From contig CBFHFQ010000365.1 of assembly GCA_965655095.1 (NCBI GenBank), positions 1 to 64,000 of the forward strand: a stretch of DNA of 64,000 bases, written 5' to 3'. Below, piece after piece: positions 39,148-51,900 of the stretch. Each line of letters starts with the position of its first letter. Position 1 is the stretch's first letter. The stretch comes from Haplodiscus bocki. Taxonomy: Eukaryota. The position numbers and the translations under genes are program-made. The notes beneath the pieces are model-generated. The model searched no databases and was not told the DNA's origin. It saw nothing but the letters and a program-made list of their open reading frames with translations.

Positions 39148-40845
39148 TGTCGCAGCACACCTGCGAGGCCTGCGGTCAACCCCTACCAGCGCAAAAGACA
39201 CCCCAATGCCCAGAATAAACTCAAACATTATCCTTTCAATCAAACTCTAAACTACAACTGTCATGCGTATTTATAACTATTGTACATATATACGGATAGG
39301 TATCTTATACATATCCATACCAAATATACAAAGATGTTGGTACGTTTTTTCACGGAACCAAACTGATCCAGACTGGGACAGAACCACTACGGGACAAACG
39401 ATTATTCACAGATTAATATTAACCTGAAAGGTGCTACTTTAATTTTAATCTATTACTTAATTATTAGATATATATCCGCCCTTTCAGTGCAAATTTTCTG
39501 ATTGATGGCAACAATTGCAGTTGAAAGCGTTATTTTCAATTGAATTTGAGCTACAAGTAGCGTGACTTATTTGCAGTGACTCTCAGAGTGAATATTTGTT
39601 TCGTACGTGTTCCATTGCTACTAGTCTGGTGACGTCATTTTCATTCCTATTGCTATACCGTGTTGCAGTGCTGTGCTGAATACGGAGTGACTCTGTATTC
39701 ATTATTCATTTGAGCACAGTCTGCCTAATTCAACTAATACCACTAGTGGCAACGCAACTGTTCCGGATACCACTAGTAATTACTCGTCGGAATGAAGAGT
39801 AAACTAGTAGTGCTACTAGTTTCTCCTCATTTCTAAAAGAGTAAAAGACTCATAGGCTATATGATGATGAAATGTGCATGAAGTTGGTGATTAGTTGTAT
39901 TTTTTGTTTTTTTTTTATATTAAATGATGCAATTTGTAAATTGTTCTTATTTTCCTGATTAAGGAAATATTTGATGCTTTTCCATTTATGGCGCATACGT
40001 TTTTTAGTTTGCAAATAAAATGTTGGCGCGGGAACAAACACTTTGATGTCCATCTCTGACGGAATAGATCCGTCCAATTTCTCTCGAAAGACGGAAAGAA
40101 CACATTCTACGAGGGAAGAGACTAATGTAAAAGTTGTTTTTTTCCCGTCATATGTGGCATTTCAATCTTTTGATGTAGTTATGATAAAAGTACTTTTCCC
40201 GATTTGTACCTTTAGTTGGGGCTTAAACAATTATGTTTCCCGCCAAGAAAAGATATATATAGGAGAAACAAAAGTACAAAAGAGACAGAGGTGTTTTTCT
40301 TAATTTTGTCTACTGACGATAATATCCAGTAAAGTTGATTTCCTACATTTTATTCTTCGAAGCTGTAGAACCCATATTGATTTTTCCTTCAGAAAAAAGA
40401 CAATCAAGTACTAATCGCTGATCATTACTTTTCCTGTAGAAAAAGACGACTCTCAGAATAAAGATAAAACTTGCCGCACTTAACAAGGAAAATTGTGAGG
40501 AACATCCTAGGAACAACCTGGCGCAAAACTCAAATGTTCCCAGATCACAGGAAGACTATATCACCCACGTTTCCCAAAAAATTGAGGGTAGAGTAACGAA
40601 GAAGTTGTCCCAGGAGTTCAGTAGGACGGAAAGCCGCATTTTGGGCGCGCTATCCCGTCTTGACGACTTTCTCTTGAACGCGCTAGTTCAGGGCCACTCC
40701 GGAACTGCTTCGGAGACGTCCCGGAACGCACACGGCACTAACTCGTAAACGAATAAGGACGACTCCCAAAGTGATCCTCATCCTGAAGCGAGCATCTCTC
40801 AGAGCCAGACGACACGAACTTTTTGCCCAGAAGTTGACCACGACA
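39148..40845 (+). mobile_element. Solo LTR (1698 bp) of an LTR retrotransposon
   Basis: TGTCG...CGACA inverted termini with a perfect 5 bp target duplication CTAGT (39143-39147 and 40846-40850); collinear with 62158-63917. Confidence 0.9.
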
Positions 40846-42654
40846 CTAGTTTCTCTCTCTCAGGGTCTTAAGCTCGTTATCTGTTTACGGGTGCCTGTAA
40901 TCGAAACCCAATTGAAAAAAGTTTTTGTACCTTTCTTTAAAATTTATAACGTGGCACTTTTCTGACTCTCTATTGCCCAACTATTGATTGAACCTACCTG
41001 TTTTTCTGATAAAAGTTCAGGAACTTCGTTATTGACCATTTCCATAACTTTTGGCGGTTCAAACTTTTTCATTGCCAAAAAATGAGCGAAAACTCAGAAA
41101 CCAGTAACTTCCGTTTTCTCTACCACTGCATAGTTCAAGCTTTTTTGAGCCCCATTGCTTTATAGCCATCGGCCCAATGAGATGTTTTTGTACGAGTAGT
41201 GTGACTCAAAGTTATAGTCCATTATGACCATGCCAAGGTTTTATGGGTCCTGAAAAATTTCCTCCACCGAATAACAGGCGATAGTATATGAAAATCGTTT
41301 TATTTTTTAGGGTACGTGATACTTTATCAATTTTTTGAGGTTTTTCTGGCTTGTGTTGAGTTCCAATGCTATTTAATTATAAAATCAATGACTTTTTCTT
41401 TGTTCATTTGATAGATATTTTTTTCCTGTGGAGTCTTGGAGAGAGCTATTGCCAAAAAGTAGTAGAATTTCTTTTTTTCCGACATTTCATCATCCTTAAG
41501 GCAATTACCGTATAGGTATACAATTACCGTGGTTGCTTTGAATGATTCAGTTATTGTTTGTCAGAGTTCCAGCAAAGCATCTGGTTTTTAAAACTTTTCT
41601 TTGTTGTTTCAATAGGCAGCGTTCTAGTAAAAGCTTCTACAAAAATAATGGCCAAAACTTACGTTCTGTGGCATTTATATTAGCATTAAGGTCTCGAAAA
41701 ACCTTGATTGCTCACATTCATTAGCTGAATAAGGTTGAAAGACTCATGCACTGAAAATTTTCAATCAAAAACTGCGTGCTTTTCCCAGAGTTTTTGGCGC
41801 ACAGACAAGACAGTTTACAAACAGATTTTTGATTGAAAAATTTAAGTGTTTAATCAAATTCGAAGAATTTTTGCCTAATGGTTTGAGTGTTGTAGGTTAT
41901 TTCATATCCAAGAGACTTATGGTAGGATTCTCCGGGCAATATTTTACCTTTTTCAGGGATATTCTTGTTATATATCCCGGATTTCGGAAAAAAAAGATTT
42001 TTTGCGTAGAAAAACTAGATAGAGCTCATGATTGCAGCTTGTATTTTTGTGCAGTGTGATATTGTACCGTGTAGTCAAAACGAAAGCCTTTCTATGAAGT
42101 GTGGGTTGTGGTTAAACTGCAGTTCTTCCATTAGCTATTTTTGTACAATTGATGCCAAGAAGATCTTACTCTTGGCTAAATTTTAATTTGAGCGTCTGGC
42201 TTCCGTGAATTCAGCATAAAATCATCTGCGTTTGCAATAAAAGCTTCTCAAATTTGCAGTGCTCATATCCCGCGTGGCTGCTGTACTTTTTGCGAGCCCT
42301 GCGCAAAGGACTTTGGGCTGATGTTTTTTGATCTTCTGTGGTTTATGCAAAACTTATTTGAAATAGTAAAAGACAGTGGCGTGCTCCGGGTCGCTTGTGA
42401 ATACTCTTCATGTTTTGAGTTGCTGCACTGCTTATGCAACCCGATCACGTTCAGTTGGCCATTTTGAAGTCAACTGACTTAGAAACTAGTCTTAAAGTTG
42501 GGTTTGGCTGATGTTTCATTGAAAGCCGCTTTCGAAACAAAACTCAGCCACTTCTATTAGTGTTGTTGCTTTCGTCTCCGCAGGACATATGTATGATTTT
42601 CCAATCCTTGATTACAATAAGTACCCTGATTGCATATTTATCTGATGTATATTT

Positions 42655-43722
42655 TTGTTTTTCGCCGCATATGTGATATGCAAGAAAAATAATTCATTCA
42701 GTAGGGTCGTTTTTCTTTTTTTTCCAGTCCAAAATTGCCTACTTTTTATTCAAAAATAAATGACAGCAGAGTGGTTAGGACAAAAGTCTCTCAAGCAGTA
42801 GATCCGGGTTCGAGTCTCTGTCGTGCCAAATATTTTCATGATTTCACTGACGTTTGTCAGAAATTCCATTCCTATGGTTCCCATGGGACAGTGGGTAGGA
42901 CAACATCTTTCCGAAGCCATTTTTTTAATGATTTCACTGACATTTCTCAGAACTTTCAATGGTTCTCATGGCAGAGTGGGTAGAATAACAGGGTTCTGAA
43001 GCGGTAGGTACAGGTTCGAATCCCATTCTTTACCTACATCTTTAACCTAATTATTACGACGGAAAATCGTGATACCGCCCCTTGTTATGCATGAAAAGTT
43101 TGAATACTAGACTTTTTTGAAACTAGAAAGGGATCCCCTACGAAGTTTTTCGGTACTGCGAGACAGAAACTTTTCGACAGAAAATCGTGATATCCCTCTC
43201 TTTTGCATTAAAATTTTGGATACCCCAAACTTTCTGAAACACCAAAGAGTTCCCCTAAGAACTTTTTCGGCACTGTGAGACAAAACAATTTCGACGGAAA
43301 ATCGTGATACTCCCTCCTTTTCCCCGCCTATCCTTAAAATTTTTCGATACCAGATTTTTTCTGAAACACAGAAGAGTTCCCCTATGAAATTTTTCGGTAC
43401 TGTGACACAATTTTTCAGGGAGATTGTGATATACCCCTCTTAGGTATAAAATTTTCCGGTACCCGAAATTTTCTGAAACATCGAAGGGTTCCTCTTCGAA
43501 TTTCTTGGTCCTATGAGACCAAAATTTTTTGACGGAAAATTGTGATACCCCCCCCCCCCCCTGTTTTGCCTAAAATATAGAAATCAATGGCGGAATTGAT
43601 GTTTTAAGAAAACCTTTGGAAACTAAATCCAAAGCAGTAGTCTTGTTTTTAACCGTTTGCAAAAGTTGATCAAAATAAATGTAGTTGGGCGAAAAATATG
43701 CCGGTGCTACCCGGCCGTCTTT
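42655..43722 (+). mobile_element. Non-autonomous Helentron-like composite: three tRNA-like heads, ~118 bp tandem repeats and a terminal hairpin
   Basis: A/B-box heads at 42761-42828, 42882-42918 (partial) and 42967-43030; gtgata motif at 43067, 43186, 43304, 43426, 43541; gccgg-tgctac-ccggc hairpin at 43700-43715, then a T-run. Confidence 0.72.
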
Positions 43723-45069
43723 TTTATGTTTTAAGCGGTAGCACTGGTGCTCTGGATATATTTGAAATTCCGCAGGTAGATGTGAACCGAATCTATGAAA
43801 AATTTCTTTTTATAGCTGTACCCACAGCACAGTATCTACCTAGCACAACAAATTTTAGTTCGTTAATGAGCTAGGAAAAAAATTTTATTTGAATGATAAG
43901 TGGACTGCCGTGTTTCTTGATCGATATCTTGGACCAGTAGAGCAGACAAGTGCTGGACACTGTTGAATCATCATATTTTTCAAAAATACAATGATAACAG
44001 TGTTTTTGTATTTGTACATAGCAGAAAATTAGTTCATTGGCAACTTGGAAAATTTTTGCCACCCTGGCAGAATCTGCAAATTCATAAAAATTTCCCTTCT
44101 TTCGCCTGAGAAAGCTTTCCAAAAAACTTCACTTTTTTGTCGAGTGCGTCGTGGCGTTCAGTGTAGCTTGTGGAAATACGATAGGTTACGTGCTGGTGGG
44201 AGGCATTCATCATAATACCAACGATTTTTTATGCATACCAGTTGATTAGGTCTCGTTGACAGGTGCTAATGCCCAGCGACAGCAAAGCCTTTTTCCGGCT
44301 TACTTTTGCAGCAGGACAAAGATATTAATACACTTAATTTGAAGCGTTTTCGAAAATTCTTGTTCCATTGCGAAGCACGTGTATTGGAAAAGATTTTTGT
44401 TGTTTGTTGCTCAAAAATAGTCTGTGCGTTCTGAAAACTTTATCAATTTCGGAGAATTGTTTGTTATCTTTCAAAAGACGAAAAACTTTGGGACCATATT
44501 TGCGTTTGCGTGAGATGATTTGTCTTAGGTCTTCTAACTATGCCGAATAACCTCTTTTCATCAGAAGACTATGCTCTATTTTGTCAGCTCGATTGTCTTG
44601 GCTGTAATTGCAACCATACTCTCTCACAGCAACTTTCAATTTGTAGGAACAGGATTACGTTCCTAAAGGGATTCGCGAAAGTTTGATACATGGGAAACAG
44701 GAAAGTCTGCTTCTCTTTTGTGTAACACTGAAAATACGACAATTGGGGACGAATTTTCCCTCGGTCCTGTAGTATTAGTAGCTTGAGCTCCTGCGAACTT
44801 GACTGATTAAACATTTTCTACTCAGTGTGGCTGTGTTAACAGCCTTTTGACTGACACGTGCTGAAGAATCATAACTAGATAAATTAGATTTATTAGTACA
44901 GAATATTAAACTTAAGTTTTCAGCTATTTCTTCATTATCTGCTGCTCCTTTCGTCCCGCCACTGAGCCGCTGGTCGACCATATCCAGATACTAGGCGAAG
45001 AACTATTTCAATGATAAGAGGAGCACAAAAACATCAAATTTATCCTTTGTGAGGCCTAAACAGTTTCCA

Positions 45070-46541
45070 TGTGGTTTGTGAGCATTAATTTGAGATTGAG
45101 CAATGTTTGCGGCCTAACATTCAGTTGGCATTTTCGACCCAGGTCAACGTTGACGGCACTAGTTGGTTACATTTTGCCCGTGTCATGATTCTCTTCTAAA
45201 GTCCCTGATGGGTTTCTTTGCACTGTATTGCCAGAATAACTCATATTTTTGAACAGTTTGTCACAACAACCTGAAAAGTTTAGGGAGTCAGCTACAGTCC
45301 TACATTCCGAATTTGCGGTAACACTAGCAGCGTCCCGTCCAGAAGACGCATTTATTGACCTAACTGCTAATTCAATACTTGCTCTGATAATATTGTCAAT
45401 CGCGGTCAAAACAGAGTTATGGATTCTGCCTTCAACTGTTTCAGCGAATTTACCCATTTTTCTGTCAATTCTATCAGTAAGGCATCTTTCCAATGTTTGA
45501 ACATTCACCGATTTCTCATTGGTCGTTGGGACACTGCCAATATTATTAACAGTAAATTTTTGGTAAGCTGGACCGCTTTTGACCACAACATTTTGCACTC
45601 TGCTGTTCACAGCGTCACCAATAATAAAATCTTCATCAAAGTCATCTAATTGGCCAGTGAATCTTCTGTTTTGCTGCTTTTTATATCAAGTTGAAACCCT
45701 ATTTGCTTTAACAAATGAATTAGATTTATCGTGGAACCAATCAACTGAGACACGAAATTTGATGAAACAAAAGTAACAAAGTGACTTTACAGGTCAAATC
45801 GAGGATTTTCAACTTTATTGAGAGTTTTAAGCGACTGATTTTTGAAGATTTTCTGGAGAACCTGCCCTTTACTTCAGGTCACTGTCGGGTCGCGTTTTCT
45901 TTTTGTTGGCCGTCAAGCTCGTCCAAGGGTAGAACACATGATTACATGCACGAGTTTCACTGTGGAAAAATCACGTGCGAAGGGTTTTATGTTTCCCAAG
46001 AGCTTCGTCGGAATGGTTAATCGACGTGTGTGCGTAGTTGGGGTCAGAAGGACCGGTTGTTGACATCCCATTCTTGTTTGCGTATCAATGGTAATTATTC
46101 AGGGACACTATGGCTTCCTGACAACTTATAAATCTGCATGAAGTGAGACATTTCAATTAGTTGGTCATAGAGACCGTAAGCAGCTCATTTGATATTGATA
46201 TGAATAGTTAACATTTTGAGCGGAAATTTCAGGTTATAACCACCTATTAGTTTCTGGTTACAATTAAATGCATTACATTACCAAAATTAACTGCCTAATT
46301 AAAACTGTGGAGTCACCTTTTTGGTACAGGTGCTTTTATTAGACTATGTTCCTGTGTTTAGACTAACGTTCGTAATTTTTGGTCGAAAGGCGGTAACCAG
46401 GACCGTCTTATGACCAATCGAGATTTTCATTAAAAAGTTAATAGTCCTAAACACTGGTTGTTTAGGCAGAAAATTTAATTATCTAACCGTTTTTTTGTAT
46501 GTAAACAGCATTCCCAGCATCATTGATTAGGGTAGGTTACA
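45070..46541 (-). mobile_element. LTR/gag-like remnant of a second retrotransposon family
   Basis: Minus strand starts TGTAACC (46541), then a non-coding leader, then decayed ORF QQNRRFTGQLDDFDEDFII..VNVQTLERCLTDRIDRKMGKFAETVEGRIHNSVLTAIDN with a helical character like the other gag N-terminus. No TSD found. Confidence 0.5.
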
Positions 46542-48940
46542 GTTTTGATCAAAACTGACCGGTTTTGCCGTTTTGTACTTTTTTGTTTGAGGCGACCGTT
46601 CCCTTTGAGCAAAGTGGTCGGTAGTATGTCTTAGTGACTATCTTTGACCACTCTTTTTTTTCAGCGCTGCTATTTGAGCAAATTATTGGTGATATCCATT
46701 GGTTGGTCAAATCAAAAAGAAGTACACTACTGCGCCTCAAGAAAATCTTGTAAACTCTAGTTTTGTTTGGTTTTCCGATTGACGCTAGCTCATTTGTTGA
46801 CAGTATAGATTTTATTGCATACAAATATATAGGCTGAAATGTAAATGTACATACTTAAGATTGTATGTAGATAGGATGGAATTTAAGTAAAAATAAAGGG
46901 AGCATCTATTGTGCAACACTTGTGTAATAAGATGAGAATTCTCTAGTGTTTTGGTCTCGAAACAAAGGCCAAATGATTGATTTCCGCGCCAGCGCAGGGA
47001 CTGCCGATATTAAATTTGTATGTTTGGCTATCTCAAGCAGCAGCCTGCGACACAAATCTCAGCAGAATTGTTCTTGAATTCAAAAGGTGTCACCATACAC
47101 TGAGATTGTATAATTGTAACGGTATTTCCGGTTGTTATGCGCTGCGCCCTGCATTTTAGCGGAAACTCTTAATCTTTATGGAAAGGGTTCAACTCTCCTT
47201 CTGCTCTTCAATCGTTTTTCTTTCAATCCTTATTTTGAGTGGTGATGTCGAAAGGATTAACGGTTGTCACCCCAACGACATGAATTTTTGCTTTTCAGGT
47301 AATCAAATTTCAGCGGAAAAAATGCTGAAATATTAAAATATCGCCCCAAATTAAACAACATGGTTTTAGGTAAGAAGCAAACATGTTCAATGGGAACGCT
47401 TGACTCCAACAAATGGAGTATTCAGAAGCAAAGTACCAATCAAAATCCTCCGAAAAGTAAATTTTTAAAAAATTGATACCTGCAATTTCGTATGAATTGT
47501 TCGGTAGGAACATACGTTTTCTAGTTTACATGTTCCGTTTCGCTTTTGATGTGAAAATTGACAGAAATCAAATAATGCATTCTGGAAATTCTGCAGAGAG
47601 CAGGAGACGGAGTCAAAGAATGAGTCTCAGTTTTACATAGCTTGAAAAATATTTATAACCTGATTTACATTTAAGATCTTGATTTTTCTTAAATTTCTTG
47701 GCAATTCAAGATTATCCAAGATTATCCAAATTCTTGACAATGAAATTAAGACTCCATGCACTGGGTAAGTAGTTTTCGGATTGAATCGCAAAAATACACA
47801 AACATTAAGGGACGAAAAGTTGCTTCATAAATACCAAAAACATTTATTTTTGGTTTACACAAGGAGCAAACAATGGACAGTTGGAAAATCTTATGGTCGA
47901 AAACCACGGTAAGACCTAAATATTTCTCCCGCCAAAACTGCCTACATTTGTACTGCACAAACCATCACGCTGTATCTTGGATCACTCTATAATAAGAAGG
48001 AAACCGTTAAAATTCATGGCAGGTTCGAATTGGAGCAATTTGGTCTAATAAAAATAACAAAAAAATGTTGGACTAAGTCCTCCTCTATTATCTGCTCTTC
48101 AGTCTTCGCCCGTAAAGATGACAAACATATTGACAAAGACTCTGGATTATTCTTTTAAAGAATGAAGTTCTTTTCCTATGAAAAATATCTTATTCACCCA
48201 GCTGTAACATTTGATCATCAGGAAAATTAGAAATGAGCGATCACTACCAATCAGTTATATTATTCAAAGGATAAAAAGTTATTATGACACGTCGTACAAC
48301 GAGCCTTTGAAAACGCCAATATGGCAGTTTCGCGATTTGCAAAATAGAAGCTCGATATTCTCAGATTAAACCTCAAACATTACGCGGAAGACTAGAAAAG
48401 GGAACTTCCCTCATTAGTGCTGAAAGCACTTATTTCACCTTTTCGCAAAGTTTTGAGAAAAACAGACATCGGAGAGATGAAGTTTTTATTTTTGACTGAC
48501 TGTGAAGCTGAATGCTGCATCTTTCAACCTATTTTTAAATAATTTAAAAGTAGTGAATGGCAAAAAAAAATAAACTTTTCCATCAAATTTGGGTATTGAC
48601 GAGAAAGAGAGCGATGAAAACTGAAGGATGCTTAAGTTTGAATTACTTTTAATCAAAATTGAAAAGCCAATCAGATGATATACCAACCAGTACCAATCCG
48701 CTCTACCAGCTGTTTTCCCTCTAATGAAGATAAACTGGGCCTTAAAAGTTTTTCACCTTAAAGATCAGTTTAAAAACCGAGTAGATTTTGACGATGAGTT
48801 TCTAACATTCAGTTTCAGTTGATTAAGGTTTAACTTTGCTGTTTATTAAAAAATGACTTCCACAAATTCGAAAGTGGAAGTTATTGTGTTTGGTGTAAAT
48901 TTTGTTCTGGAACAGTTAGTAGACTAGATTGCAAACAATA

Positions 48941-51900
48941 ACAAGAGGCGCAGTCGCGCCGCAATATTTTTAGTCAATGGGGCGCAAAAAGACCAATCGA
49001 CCATACAACAAACCAGTTTTACAAAGCAAAACTTTCTTGACAAAAGAATCTCGACGGATACCTTGTAGGAAGAATTCAAGCGGTAGCTTTAGAAAATTAT
49101 GAGTTTGAAAATCGACAAAACAAGAGTATTAATTGGACGTTTCCGCTTGTTCGGCCTATCAAAAATCCAACCGAAGGGACAAAATCAGAAAATGTTTAAT
49201 CTAAGAGGCAACCAAAAATATAGCACCATCAATTCACACCTCGATAGAAGATTTCACACCCGTAGTTTTTGAGAAGGATGAGGTGGAATACCTAGATAAT
49301 TCAAAGTTATTGGCACTTTCGACTCCTGAGAACGACCAAGATTCCAATTCCGATGTAGAAAACAAAGTGTATGACCTTGAGAAACGAACGAATAGTCCGC
49401 CTCTTGTAAAGACCTATCCATTGGCACCTTGATGGGAAAATGAAGCTGGCAGAGAAGACGACTTATGTGTTTGGATATGGAGGCGTGTCAGGAATAAAAA
49501 CATTTTCTGGCATTTCTGATGGTCTCGGATTATACTGCGCACAAGAAAATCAGTGATTTTTATTGGAGTGTTCCAACGCAACCAGCAAGCTATAACTTTG
49601 GACTTTGAAGAAAAAAACCATCTGATTGACACGTTCCTGGGCGAAATCAAGTCTGTAGTCATGGAGACAAATAAGTTTCATAATAGGGATTTACCAAATT
49701 CCGAAACACTTCTGAAAATCCCAGACTATCAGAATTCCAATCCAAGGAACAAAATTAATTATTTTGAAGCCGAGTAGTTCCTGAAAACCAGAAACTTTTA
49801 GATTGGGACATTGAAGTATGAAATGAAGTCAGTGGTTATGAAAACTGGCAATTCAGAACTTGGAAAAAAACGTCAATACTAATAGCATTTTTTTTCATTT
49901 TTGAAACATTTCAATTCCAACTCAAATAATCTAAATATTGAGTTTTGAAAACTAAATTCGTCTACGACTAAAAAGTTGTGCATGAGACTTGTTGAAGGAA
50001 ATTAGGCAGGCGGTTAAAGAGAAAATGAGTTTAGATTTTGTGAAAAAACAGTTTTAGTAGCACACCTGGAAGTTTTTGGCTTATCAAAAGTCTCAGGCAA
50101 GCTTCAAAAATGATTTTTTCAATCGAATCTTCCTCCACAAGTGTAAGAGTTTCGACTGAGAACTTGATGGAAGATTTTAAGCCCGTAGCTATGAAGAGAC
50201 ACAAATTTCGAGAAAGTGATTTATTTTCATTTATGACACTTTTCGTTTAACTTGCAACCAGTATTCTAACGCATGGAACAAGACGAACGTTTCTCCAAGC
50301 AATGCTCGTTCACGAGTAAAAGGTTTGGAATTGGCAATTAAATGAGAGAATTGACTTTTTTATATTAGTAGGAAAATTGAAGTGCAACATCATAGAAATT
50401 TATTAAAATATGGGTTCCTTGGCGCTTCAGTAATGTGAAGACTGAAAATGGTATGTTCCAGCAGAAGTAAATATGTTTTTCTGACCATGGAGAATATAAG
50501 AGAACGGAGAAAACTACCAAAAAAGAGAAAATAATATGTAATTTTGTTTCTAGTTGAAGTTTGTAGCAGAAGTGTATAATTCTTCTGGCAATTCCGAAAA
50601 TAGGAACGTTTTTTCCTAAGTGTATCGAAAACTTTTGAGAAAAACCGATTTGTTTCAGTTACGTCAAGAAACGGATAATTTTTCCAAAAAAAGAAGGTCA
50701 TTTATGGAAAAACTATGGAATTTGTCTAAGAATGATGTGTTTTGTTCTGAAGAAAAAGAATGCTGTAGAAAGTATTTCGAATCTGCTAAAAAATGGCTGG
50801 CCTTGACAGTTGAACCCAAAGCACTTGGTTTCCTAACTGTTTTGACATCCGACACATACGTAACATACAAGAGATCAACGCTTTTGCTGACACGAAGTCT
50901 GCGCGTGCTGGACAGATATCAGGAAAAACAAAACAGTGCTGATTGCTGAAATAATTTTTTTCCTTCGAAACATTTGTTCGACGGAAAACAAAAAATTTGG
51001 TAAAAGGATTAAGTTTCACAGAGGACTGTGTTCAAGATTGGAAAGGAAATAAGCAAAGTCATTCGAATTGCGATTTTTTCAGTCAATGGAGCTTAAAAGA
51101 AGACCGATTGAACATACAACAAAAAAGTCTACAAAATCTTCTTTCCCTGACAAAAAAATTCGGCAGAGACTTTGGTGGAAGATATCAAGCCGGCATCATT
51201 AGAGAATTTCGATTTGGAAAATCGACAAAACTTGTGTTTTAATTGGAACTTTCCGTAGTTTTGGTCAATCAAAACTCCAATACAAGGAAGAAAGTCGCAC
51301 ACCACTAATTTTTACCACTGTCAATTCAGACATGGAAAAGAACAAAGTTGTAGCTTTTGGGAAGTAGCAGTTGAAACACCAGGATACCTCTATACTAAAA
51401 ACATTTTTGCCTCTCTTTACTCAATAAGATTCCAATTTTGAATGAGTGAACAAGGTTCATGATATTTGGAGACAAGTAGACTGCCTCAACGGAAAAATTA
51501 TGACAAGATCATGCTGATAGACTTGAAGCATCTAAACCCGAAAGCTAAAACAGATTGCGTTGAAGTAATTTGGGCTGGAAAATGGAGGCATGTCAAGACT
51601 AATAGTTATTTCCGGCACTCTTGGTCCATCAGGTGCCCTTTGAACCAAAGAAAACCAAAGAGTTAATTGAAATACTTGATAAGTTTTTCAATTAAATATT
51701 TTTTCGAGACCTTGAGAGAAAAAATCGAGTAAGTTCCTTCGGAGAAACATCGGTTTGAAAAATTGGATGCGTCTGTTTTAAAAACATTTCTGTTTTTTTT
51801 CGGCTATCAATTTCACTGTGCCGAAACGGATGAGATTACTTGTTGAAAAGAAAAAGGTTTTCGATTGCAAATTCCTTGGAAGAAATCCCAGTTATCGAGG

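Noticed and set aside
42761-43030. Functional tRNA genes
   Set aside because: A/B boxes are present but the stems do not pair into a cloverleaf, and the segments are embedded in a dispersed repeat.
43060-43560. CRISPR-like array
   Set aside because: The units are ~118 bp tandem repeats without unique spacers, no cas genes are present, and the context is eukaryotic.
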